A DNA stretch of 64,000 bases, from the NCBI GenBank assembly GCA_015680685.1, contig MNCI01000596.1, forward strand, positions 810,612 through 874,611, written 5' to 3'. Shown here in pieces: positions 37,486 to 49,282 of this stretch. The stretch's first letter is position 1. Each line of letters opens with the position of its first letter. The position numbers and the translations under genes were made by a program. The notes beneath the pieces are model-generated. The model had not been told where the DNA came from, made no database searches, and worked only from the letters and a program-made list of their open reading frames with translations. This stretch comes from Gnetum montanum (lineage: Eukaryota > Plantae > Gnetophyta).

Positions 37486-39715
37486 TATAGCAACCAAAAA
37501 CATTGGTGGTTGGAATACTAAGAGGTCACTGGGCATACAGCCTAACCTTGGATTTGCATGAGGGTTGTGCCAGAGAGAAATGGAAATGGGGTGCCCTAAA
37601 TGGTCTGGTCAATCAAACAGAAACTTAACTAGTGTAAAATAACCTTCTGTAAATGTTTGTTTTGAAGAAATTATGTATAACTTAAGTGATAAATGTGAAC
37701 TGATAAGCAATGATGCAAGACATGGAAATAGCAAAACAAAATGAAACAAGCTTGAGTGAGAGAGTGCACCACCCCAGGATCAAGTGATCTTATCTTTGTT
37801 TGGTTGAAAGGTGTACAAATGATGTGCAGTGTGGGTAGGCACAACTTACAATGAAGCGGTATGGTCACAGCTCCTTAAACTACTATCAACAACTTGCTAA
37901 CAATAACTCTCTACTTGCTAGTCTCTTTTCTATAGCTAATCGCCAGAAAGCCAAAATGCCAAAATGCCAATCCTCGAAGCCAATTGCTAGAAAAGTGTTC
38001 TCTAAGACAATAATGGCAAAAGCCAACCTTAAAATCCAACCCCTTGAACATTTTTTGCTGGGGTATTTGTAGAGTCAGATGTGGAAGAGAAACGTGGTTT
38101 GGATGCCATGTGTCCTGGGTCCCACATAGTGCAAACGTGATTGTGCTATGCTACTATGTAATCCTGAATGTGAAACTTGCTACGTTGTGACCATACCGCT
38201 CAAATTGCATGTGCCAAAATCCAGTGAACTACCATGTTTGTTACAAGGAATTCCAACAATGAATGCAAAGTGGAACTTGTGCTCTAGGACTACGTCTTCC
38301 CTACTCTTGTGAGCAAGGTCAAGTGTAGGGACAACTTTGGGGACAATCAGGGGAGGCAAAACAAAGTAAACATGCTAATTCTATTTATTGAAGAAATACC
38401 AGGATGGGAGTGACCATTGCCAATAAGTTCTGGAGTTAATCGGAGATGTCCTAATGCTTTCACACAAGTGTTACGCTACTTACACTGCGTAGTGTATGGG
38501 TGTAGCATAAACACCCACATGCTATGCTACACTATGCTACATAGCGTAGCCACCAATCTTGAGAGAAATTTTGTCTGAAAGCTAAAAATACCTGTCTGAG
38601 GCTTGGCTAGGCAAGCAACTTCTAATATTGACAACCCTATCTTTCGTGTTGAAAGGTGTTGAGACTTGAGGAGTTCATCCTTGGAACACTTTTGTGCTTT
38701 GTGTCCTTGCTACGCTATGCTACACTGCGTAGCGTAACACAATGTAGTATCCAATGTGACATGAATTCATGTTCGATATGTAATGCTTTATCAAGAAATA
38801 TTTCTTGGGACCTGAGGGGCGAAGTGCGATAGGAAATCTTAGAGGTCTGAATGTGGCCAAGTGTAGTCCCTTTTCCAGGAACCACTTGGTAATGGACCTT
38901 TGTTCATTTTGATCCTACTACACTATGCTATATTGTGTAGCATAGCACAGTGTAGCACCCAGTTTGGCTTGAATTCTAACTTACTTTACAAACATTTTGT
39001 CACAGCATGTCAATCATGTCCTGGCATGGCAACAAAGGAAACTTTTCTGATGGTTGAAGCATGGGCAAATATGCTTACTCCATTAGAGCCATCTGAGTAG
39101 GAGTATTGTCAGAGTACATTCCTGCTACACTGCGTGGTGTACAATAGCGTACCACTCAAATTGAAATGACTTCTAATAAAACTTGCCAGATTTTGCTACA
39201 TCATGTTTCTCATGCATCAAGGATGAAGTGGGGCAGATATCTTGAAGAATTGAGTCATTGTCAACCTACACCTTAGGTGCTCGATCAGTCTTCCTAAGGC
39301 CTGCTATGCTGTGCAGTGTAGTGTAGCATAGCAGGTCTCACAATTAGAAAACTTGATGAACTATTTCACTCATCTTGAACACCTTTAGCAACTCTTAGCA
39401 TGGTCCCTAGGTAGACCGTCAACCAGGTTAAGTGCCAAGTTTGGCAAGCCTGTTAGCTTAGGAGATAGAAAATTTGTTGGGCTGTATGGTCTACCCCTAG
39501 TGCCTCTTTCATGTAAACTAGCCTTGTGGCTAGGTCCTATGCTAACTGTGCTACAGAGGGTGGCAAGCAAGCTCAGAAGTGACTTTGCAGGAATTAGGAC
39601 TTTCGAGGTGCCATGTTGTCTGCACGATTTGACGTAACACCACGCTTGCAGAGATCCTTGCCCAAATTTTGGGATTGTGCTGAATCATCAGAGTCCCAAA
39701 ATTTATGGTGTTTCA
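37486..39715 (-). repeat. C1 5' LTR (2230 bp)
   Basis: Direct repeat of 20944-23180, flanked by the PBS and the TSD. Confidence 0.95.
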
Positions 39716-41773
39716 CTATGGTTGTAAATTGTTTGACCAAGTGTTTTGCCAAATCATAGTAAGGTTGTAGATGTAATGCCTTACAAGCATAAACCTCTGT
39801 GACTTGGTTAATGACTAGCTGCAAATCACCTTAGACTACTATGTCTTGGATTCTTAACTCTTGAGCTACTAAGACACATCTAAGAAGACCTTCATACTCT
39901 ACCACATTGTTTGTACAAGGAAATATGAAGTGATATCTGAAGGGTTAGATCTTCCTAGAGGAAAACGTGATAATGGTAGTGACACTACCATCTTGTGTGG
40001 TTGAACCATCATCAAAGTGTAAAACTACCTCAAATTTTGCAGTTACTTGACTTATACTATTGACATGCTCATCCGAAAATTCCAGATCAATCATTACTTG
40101 ATCGTCTATGGGTGAGGTTGTGAGCTGTGTGGCTATTGCTTAACCTTTTGTGGATGCTTGTGCTATATAGTGTAGGTCAAACTCTGTGGTTATTACCTTC
40201 CATCATGCTATTCAAGTACTTTCATACATGTTTTTCATAATTGTCCAAAGTACATTGCTTTTGCAGATGACATTAACTTAACTGCAGAAGAGGTAGTGTC
40301 TCCAATTTTTAAGTGCAAAGACTAAGGCAAGATTGTTCTTCTTCACCTTATTTTATTTCACCTCATGGGCCACTAGTGCATGGTTTAAGTAGTAAATAGG
40401 GACCTCCGAGCCATTGTCTCACTTTTGGCAAAGCAAAGAAGAAATGGATGTATCAAAGGTTGTAAGGTAAATATAGAATAGCTTATCTCCTTGGGGAGGG
40501 TAGACTATTGGAAGTTAAGCTAGCTCCCTTTTTAGGTTGTCAAATGCCTCTTGGCATTAAGCTATCCACTCAAGGTGGACCCCTTTTTGAGCAAATATTG
40601 CATTGGCTACAACTTGTTAGTCAAACTTATGATAAACTTGCATATGAATTGTAATATGCCTTGTAAACTGTGTATCTCCTTAAGATTTGCTGGTGGTGCT
40701 AATTTGGTGATAGCCTTAACCTTGTCAAGGTCTACGTGTATGCCTGCTTTTGATACTACAAAGCCTAACATGTGACTAGTTTTGAAGCCAAAGATACACA
40801 TTTTGGGATTTAGTCTAAGGTCATGTCTAAGGTAATGTTTGAGGATGTAGTTCAAGTCATCTACATGGTTATGAGCTAATTTAGACTTAATTATTATATC
40901 GTCAACGTAGTCATTGAGCAAGTCTAGTAGATAATCGCTAAATAGATATGTCATCGTGTGTTGGTAGGTTTCTCCTGCATTCTTTAGTCCAAAGGGCATT
41001 ATTGTATAGCAATGTGTACCCATGGGGTCATGAAAGTAGCACTAAGTTGGTGCTCTGGGTTGATTTGGATTTGGTTGTATCCTGAGAATCCATCCATAAA
41101 TGGCAACAAGGCATCACCAGCCGTAGTATCAATGAGTTGGTCAATACTAGGCAATGAAAAATCATCTTTAATGGTTGCTTTATTCAAGTCTTGAAAGTCT
41201 ATGCAAATGCGTATACTTTTGCTTTTCTTAGGAATAACTACAATGGTTGAGACCTAGTTGGCATAGTCAACAGCCCAGATGAAACCAACTTTGTAAAGCT
41301 TAGTGATCTCATTGTAAATAGCCAATGCCACCTCAAGCTTGACTTTATGAACTTTTTGTTTAACTAGTTTTATGCAAGGATCAAGAATAATGTTATGCTA
41401 TATTACATGAGGGTCTAAGCCCAGCATGTCCTTGTAGGACCATGCAAATGCCTTGACATTATTGTTAAGGACTTTGGAGATGCTTTTTTTGGTTTAAGGC
41501 TTTAACAAGAAACTAAGTTTCAATGTTTTTTTGCCTCTCCTTTACATGTTACTATAGGGACTTCTATGAGGGGATACTTAGTTATGTCACCTACTTCTAA
41601 CTTTATAGCTCTAATTAGATGGTTTGGCCAATCTAGAGATGTCTCTAGGGATGCTACATTTGTGTCATAAATGATGGCTTGAAGTCTAGGAGCTCAATGT
41701 TTATGCATCTTATGGTATCACTGTAAGGTCCAATCAAGACTAAGGGCAAATGAAGACTCTCGTATGCATTCAT
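39716..41773 (-). pseudogene. D1 pol 5' part (RT, RH, most of aRH)
   Basis: ATG at 41773 (MNAYESLHLPL), FAWSYKDMLGLD, FMDGFSGYNQI, MPFGLKNAG, YVDD and TNNVVEYEG. Confidence 0.93.
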
Positions 41774-42288
41774 TTTGCAATCCTACTCAAGAGATCCTAC
41801 AAAATAACCAAAAAAATGTTAAGTGGTACCTATCTTAATAAATAAAAATACATAAAATAAGGAAGATAATGTCATGAAAATTTAACTAATTGTGCAACAT
41901 GCAAAGTAATTTTTTGGGGCCTCAATTGGCCATAAAATTGCCAGTTTAAGGTCAGAGTAGACCATAGTTTATGTAAGAGACATAAGTTTAAGCAAGGGTT
42001 GTGAAGTTTTAAATGTGGGGCTAAGCTGGACATTTATTGGGCAATCAAAAAAATGCAAAAAAGTTTCTAAGTATAGGGATGCTGGAAAAGTTGCAAAATT
42101 TTTCTAACTTTGGGTGCTATGCTCATCCCACATTATGCACGGGACATGGAACATCTCGCGTTACATGTAGGACATGGAACATCCTAGGAGGATGACATGT
42201 CCTTTACCCTTGAAGGATATAAATAGGGGTTTTACCATGGTAAACTTGTCATTTTTAACGTTAGAGCCAATAGTCATCCAAGCATAGC

Positions 42289-45200
42289 ATGGTTAAGGTA
42301 AGGGAAACAGAGCATAGTAGCGATAGAGGAAAGCTAGAGCATGACAAGGAGAAAGCAAGAGTGTAGCAATCAACCATAATGTGCCAAAGAAAATGCCAAC
42401 ACCCCAGCCTCACCAATGTCAATGAAGAAGAGCATACCCTAAAGTGCTTTCCTAGAGCACACATAGAGGACTATAGGGAGATGTTGTCGACTAGGTAAGG
42501 CACTACACTTTACCCTTGTGATTTTCTTTCTCTACCTTTTCTTATGTGTTTTGGGGTTTTTGGGCTTTCAGGGTGGCCTACCATGGGTAGGGACTACAAC
42601 TATCAACATGGTTGTCATGAGACACAGCTAGGGAAAGGAGTGCACATGATGCATTTTTTTGTTTTGGTTGTTTCAACTAGTTGGGTTGAGGGTTTGGTGT
42701 CCTGTGCCATGGTGCAGAATAGGGGTTTTAGGTGTCCTACACCATAGTGTGAGACAATGTTTTTTGACATCCCACAAGTGTAGCATGGAACAAGGGTTTT
42801 GAGCATCCTATGCCATGACGTGGGATATGGTTTTCTGAGTGTCCTACATTGTGGTGCCAAACAGGGTTTTCTAGGCATCCCACACCATAGCATGGAGTAG
42901 GGGTTTTGGCATCCTACACCGCAGCATGGGATAAGACTCAGCCAAGGCAGCTTGAGGGCAACGATAGAGCATAATGGTTAGGATAACGTGGCTATGATGG
43001 TCATGTCCATCACACTAGGGTGTCCATGGGAGCATAACAAAAAGTTAAAAAAAATTTGATTTCCTAGTGCTATGCTTCATAGGCAATGCAATGGATAGTT
43101 AAAAATTTTTTGCAATTGTTATGCTATACAGGGAGCATAACCAACACTTAGAAAAATTTTATAGTTGCTATGCTTTATAGGGAGAATAACCAGCACTAGA
43201 AAATTTTGCAATTGTTACACTTTGTAGGGAGCGCAACTAGCACTAGAAAATTTTGTAGTCATTACAATTTGAAAGGAGTGCAATTGACACTTAGAAAAAA
43301 TTAGAAAAGTTTGCAATTATTATGCTTTGCCCAACATTTAGAAAATTTTGCAGCTGAGGAAGTTACACTCTATGGGGAGTGTAACCGATAATTAGAATTT
43401 TTTTTTGACATTTTCAAAATTATAATGCTTGTAAAAATGTAATGTAAGTGTTAGTGCTATGCCGCATTGGGAACTAGGCACATTAGATGGGTATGCCAAC
43501 ATCCCTTTCCCATGGGGCCTAGTGGAAAGTTAATAATGTTAAATGTAATTTTTTATGCATTTTTTTCTCCTTTTTCCAATGCTAACATTTTCCTTTTATT
43601 TCTATTGTGACATTGCAAGGTGCTACTAAAACCCATCCTCCTCGTAGTTGAACTAGTGGGCATTTTGTGTTGAATGAGTAATCTTGTATTGAATGTGCCT
43701 ACACCAGACACACATGTGGAACATCAAGCAATTTGGTTTAGGTCGAGCATGCAAGAATTCCTAAAATTTTTTCTCTGCCACTTTAGTGTGATGATTTAGT
43801 CACACGTGTCAGCTGAAGCAATGGGCATCATAATAGAGACACTACTGCCCAGGGAAAACTAAGGTATTTTAAGGTTCATGTCTGATGAGTCTACTGACGA
43901 TGGAGCAGAGAGCTTGGGCTAGTGCCAGAAAGACCTTAGGCTTTTATCTAGGATTTAGGGAATGCCTGAGTTTCAATGCTACAACAAGAATAACATTGTG
44001 TTCATTGCCCAACGCATACACACTATTTTCCAGAACCCACCTAGGACGGTATATTGAACTGGAGGGTGAGTCACCTATTGTGATTTCTTGTATTGCCTAT
44101 TATTTCATGACTTATAATGTTAACTACTCATGTTTATTGCTAGGTTTTCTATTGATGTCGATGGCCTCCATGATGAAGAGGGTGTACTAAAATTGACCAA
44201 AGCTATCCTATAGGAATTCTCATATTCTGAGAATGTTCATGTAGGAATGATTGTGAAAATCAAGGTAGACATGGCAGAATACGCTTATAGGTATTCCAAG
44301 TCTTATGAGAGGTGTCAGGCACTCAACTGGTTGGACATTGAGTGGGCCACTAGTATACCAAGCATAGAGAAAGTTTTAGTCCCACTACCGTCATCTCTCA
44401 CACCATTTGTGCTATGTAAGTCATCTGTCACTTACTTTCATGCACTTTTAGCTTTGTTTTTCATCATGTTGCTACTTTTTCCTTTGCTTATTATAGCTTC
44501 AGCTAAGTCAAGAGAGGTCATGGTGGTTGCTTTAGGTCACACTGGCCACTCTCATCTTCAAATATGGTGAGGTTGAAAGCTCACAATGCTGGTTGTGCTA
44601 TGAGGCCTTAGCGAAAGTAGCAAGGAACCTTCAGTAGGCTAGGCACATGGACCTCTTCTTGGCCATGAGCCCAAGCATCCTAATGGCTAATATGATTTCC
44701 CTAATTGACTTCTCCATTAGGAGTGTTGATTGCCTTCACATGTAAGTCCATAATATGTGCATGATCTTCAAAATCATAGATGAACTCTTTACGAATCCTT
44801 TTAGCATCCCCTCTAAATTTCTACCTATGGCAAAAGACCAACAAGGACCTAGACCATAGAGGGGACGTTGAGGAATGGTTGGGCACTCAAAAGGGCCATA
44901 AAGGTATACCTATGAAGGCAGTGCAAGTACCCGTGGTCCACCACCTCTACCTAGTCTTTCGAGCTTATGCATTTCCAAAGCTTCTTTTCCAAGGAAAGAT
45001 CCTTGGGGTTGAGCAAGCTTGGGTCATGAGTGATGTGATAGAGGGGACATGGTACAACTAGGTGAACTACCTTGTCAATGGCCTATGAGCTGAAATCATT
45101 AAGTTGCATTGCAACCTCCAAGCATGATTATACATTCATTTTTATTTCTTTGTAACATGCCTACAAAGGTTTGCAAAACTTTTAGTGGTTTGCAAGAATG

Positions 45201-47180
45201 GACAATGGATGGTGCAAGATTGCACTCAGATCTCTAGGTTTTGGATCTACCACCTATTTCACACCACATAGTCACATGACCCTCCAGAGGCAATTGGAAA
45301 GTCATCTCAGTAATGACTAAAGGCAATGTGGGGCAATCCTACCACACATGCGATAGTACCAAGGAGGCCCCACCAACCAACACTGGCAATGTAGCAAGAG
45401 AAGCACGACTCATTGCTAATACAGTGAGGTCATTAAAAATAAATATTAAAAAGCCTCACCTTGTACAGGAGCCTACGCATGAAGTGGATGAGGGTAGCAA
45501 GAAGCTACGATTCAAGCTCCGCAACGTGAGTTTGGAGATAAAAAGTAAGGATACATTATTTAATGTTGCTATAATGTGTTATGCTATCTTATATTCATTA
45601 TTGGGCATTCTAAATAAAACTTGTGTAACATAGGCAAGAGGGCCCCTATAGTGGTAGCGGAGCCTATGGAGGACAATGTCCCTTAACTTGAGGGACACAT
45701 GGCAAATGAAGATGAGCGGGAAGTCATTAAAGTGTTAAGGAAACTCAAAAAAGAAGGGTTTTTGTTCGAAGAGTGTGAGTTTCAGCATTTCTTTGATGGC
45801 ATGTAGATAGGTAATCCCTTTGCTCTCACACCTAATAGCTTGTTAGGTAGGAGCTTTACACCGCCATCTTCATTTTTTCATTTTTTGGAGGTTTTTTTTT
45901 TGTTCTTTCCTTAGTTGTTGGTTTCTTGATGATCACAAAGTGCTTTATGTTGCAGTAGTCAGTGCTTTTGCTAAATGTCTAGCATCAACATCCACCTTAT
46001 GTACACAATCATGGATGGAAACTCTAGATAAGTTTTCATTCACGCAAGGTGTGATGGATGATAGGATAGACTGCATCAACCAAACAGACCTTGAGATTGG
46101 TACGTTTATTTTACTACTATTATCATTTTTCTCTCTCTCTTTTTTCTACTGATTTTCTTGTTTGTCTCGTGACTAATTTTATTTCACCTATTATGAAATA
46201 ACAGGCTTGCAACTTAAATGGGACCTAAACAAAGTAGTCCAGGTTAACATTGTACTTAAGTTTCCCCCTGAGGTGGAGCAAGTGCCTCATTGCATATATG
46301 ATGAGGCAAGCAAGTGTGCACCATACCCTATAAGAGCATTGTGGAAGTGTAGGTGTGTAAATGAGCACTTGTGGAGATAGGTGCAAGAGCTTTAAGTAAA
46401 GAGGATGAACCAGGAGGCAAGATTGGAAGACCTATAGTCATACTATGATTTCCTAGTGGCACATGACAAGCCAAACAGTAGCTGGTGCATGGACAAAATC
46501 GATTATGCCAGGTACTAGTCAACTAGTTGGGGAAAACATTTGGCCATCCATAAGGTTATTGAACAATAGTTGCAAATGAACCTCTTGGCAAGAAAAAATC
46601 AAGATTGGAAGGACTATAGTGCAAATTTGTATTAGTGGGGACAAACACAAAAGAATCACAAACATCACTATAAGTAAGAGCGTGAAGCATACCGCAAGAA
46701 GTACAGGGATGAGTTAGTGGAGTGTTGATGCCATTAGATATTTCTTGACACAATTGGTGCTACACAAGCTTACAAGTTATTTGTGAGCAATGTAGTGGTG
46801 AGTGAGTCCCTAGAAAGATAGATCATTGTACCTATAGGTGCCTTTTGCAACATTTTCACTAGGGCTACCCACATGGACAGCCATAGAAAAAGGGAAAACT
46901 CTCATGGGCATTGACTTGGGTGAGGAGAACTAGACACGTATGTCGAAGGATGAAATCCTCGAATGCCTATAGGTTGGCCTCAATAGGATGCCCCCAAACA
47001 TGGATGTGGGCCCTTCTCAGGTTGGTTTAAATTACCTTATTTTTGTCTATTTTATTATAATTTTGCATGTCACCTTATTTTTTGACTAATTTATTATTTT
47101 ATTTTTATTTGACATAGGTTCTAGGTGAGGGTGTGGGACCTAGTGGAGTAGTGGATGAAGAGGAAGGAAAAGAGCCCTAA
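42289..47180 (+). pseudogene. D1 antisense multi-exon gene (FCP1/NIF-like, PMD/Transposase_32-like, extra coiled-coil exons)
   Basis: TATA at 42218, exon 1 42289-42494 (AG|GTAAGG). Exon 2 from 43619 reads VLLKPILLVVELVGILC..IWFRSSMQEFLKFFLCHFSVMI*SH..QKDL..NNIVFI..QNPPRT. Also DVEEWLG, YAFPKLL and GTWYN*VNYL, with further GT-AG exons from about 45634 to 47180. Confidence 0.8.
42715..43400. repeat. Two tandem arrays in intron 1 of the D1 antisense gene
   Basis: GGGTTTT..CATCCTACACCATAGCATGG units at about 42715-42930, and about 41-bp TTAGAAAATTTTGCAATTGTTATGCT..GGGAGCATAACC units at about 43020-43400. Confidence 0.85.
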
Positions 47181-47412
47181 CCTCTATCACACACTACAGT
47201 CTGGAATGCTTAAAATGTAGACCTGCCGTCAGGAAATTTTGTGCTTTTTGAATATTCCAGGTTTTGGATGTAATCTTGAACTGTTCATCTTAATGATAAT
47301 TTAATGAAAACATGACAGTTATTTGCTTCTCATTTTGTTATATTTTATGTAATATTTTTGTAATTTTAACTTGTGATTTGGTTGATGCAAATAGGCCCCT
47401 TGTGGGCTCCAT

Positions 47413-47650
47413 GCTAGTTTAAGGCCATGGCAGAAGGGCCATCACTAATTTAAGGCCATTATGGGCCATTGCTAGTTTAAGGCCATTGTAGGTCATCACT
47501 AGTTTAAGGCCATTTCAGACCATCACTTAAAAGGAAGTTGGTTACTATTTTTAGGCCTTGGTGGGCCATGCAATAGTTTAGGGCCTTTTCAGGCCATCTG
47601 GTAGTTTAAGGCCTTTTCAAGCCTCCTAGTAGTTTAAGGCCTTTTCGAGC
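47413..47650. repeat. CTAGTTTAAGGCCAT motif array downstream of the D1 antisense gene
   Basis: About 8 copies at roughly 27-30 bp period. Confidence 0.9.
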
Positions 47651-48305
47651 ATCCTTCTTTTTTCTTGGAACAACGAAATAAATGAAAATACCTGAACTAA
47701 AGAAATGATGTGACTAATGCAGAATGTAATCAATAATGCAAATCATAACTATATAGGCAAAGAACAAAGAGTGAGTTAAACATGCGAACAAACTAAGGGC
47801 ATACCTTAGTCACATAGGTGCTTTCTAACCCAATGTAGGTTAGGTGGTGTGTAAGGCTAGGAGGCATGAGACAGTATTCCCCTAGACCTTCTTCTATTGC
47901 AGAGAAAGGCAATTTTTCCCATAGAGCTTCATCATGGAGGTTTCTTGTTTCACTTGGCTATTTAAAATCAGCCGAGAAACATTGACTTTCATTACAAATG
48001 GATGGTATATCTTTAGAGAACTCTACCTCCAACCCTTGTTCAATATCTATGTTGTTAATGGTTGGAGGGGCTACATTGTCACCAAAGATCACCACCTCCC
48101 CACCCTCGTAGGGCAAATGGATCTCTTGGTGGATAGGTGAATAAATGGCCTAGAGCTAGGCTAATCAAAACCTCCCTAGGATTAGGATGAATCCAAGCAC
48201 TTCTTCAACCATGATGAATTTAGCATTAGTGTAGAATTGCTCCTCTATCATGAAATCTATCATGAATATCCCTTTGATGACCACATGTGCTCCATTGAAG
48301 GACTT

Positions 48306-49118
48306 TGATGAGTGGCGAGGTACCCCTACACTCAACCATACAAATACGAGCATTACACATGCGATCCGGTCGGACACCGCAAATGGACTAGTTGTGGCAT
48401 CTAGATAGTTAACCTTAGGTCAAAGATTTTTGTCTTCCCACCTGGACTAGTATTATCTTTGTCACATATGGTTTAGTCCAGAGTGAGGTGTATGATGGGT
48501 TTCTAATCTAATGCTACTCTTGAAGGCAATGAAAAGTAATATTAACTAAGCTAGGAGAGAAGGGTGAGAGAATCTAATCTAGCCTAAATGTGATGAGCAT
48601 CCATTCCTTGATTATCCGTACAAATCTTGGACATTTTGCATGACTATCACTGGGATTACCAAGCACAGATCCTAGGTATGCTACTGGGTTACCAAGTAGT
48701 CACACTTAAATGCTTGTAATCAAGTCATACTCATTCTACGTTTTAACATGCGTTAAGGGTGAGAGAGATTAACTAGGAAAGCATTAATTAACAATTAATT
48801 AAATGATTAAACTAAGTGAATGCTGCAATGATGAAGTAATCTTGATCTTTATTGCTAGTGATGTGTGTGTCCAAGTACATCACACTCGAATAAAGGATGT
48901 CGTACAATTACAATCACCACACTACGGGCATACACGGAGAGGAAAAGGGTTGAGAGAAAGAAATAAAAAAACTTAAACTTAAACTGACTCTAAAACTTAG
49001 AACTTATTTTCTAATTTTTCTACCTCTTATTTATAGATGAGGAGATAGGCCGCGATATCGCATATGTGATATCACGGTTGGGCTACGATATCGCAATTGT
49101 CCAAATGACAACTCATCA
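48306..49118 (-). repeat. B2 3' LTR (813 bp)
   Basis: TGATGAGT..ACTCATCA, repeat of 56049-56890. Confidence 0.95.
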
Positions 49119-49282
49119 TACCCTCACGATTGAATGAAAACTCATCCTCAAGTTACAGTGATTACACAGTGGATAAGTATGGGATTATTAGATTGTGAAA
49201 ATGGGATTATGCTATAGTGTGAGAAGAAAACAAAACAAAGACATAACACAAAGAATGTACTACAACTACAAAATTGTGAAAC

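Larger units (their letters stand above)
20944..39715 (-). mobile_element. Element C1: structurally complete (18.8 kb) Tat-like LTR retrotransposon inserted in the aRH domain of D1
   Basis: LTRs at 20944-23180 and 37486-39715, TSD CTATG (20939-20943 and 39716-39720), PBS, PPT and all coding domains. Confidence 0.95.

Noticed and set aside
47413-47650. TTTAAGG as plant telomeric TTTAGGG
   Set aside because: The units are not head-to-tail heptamers and the core differs consistently.
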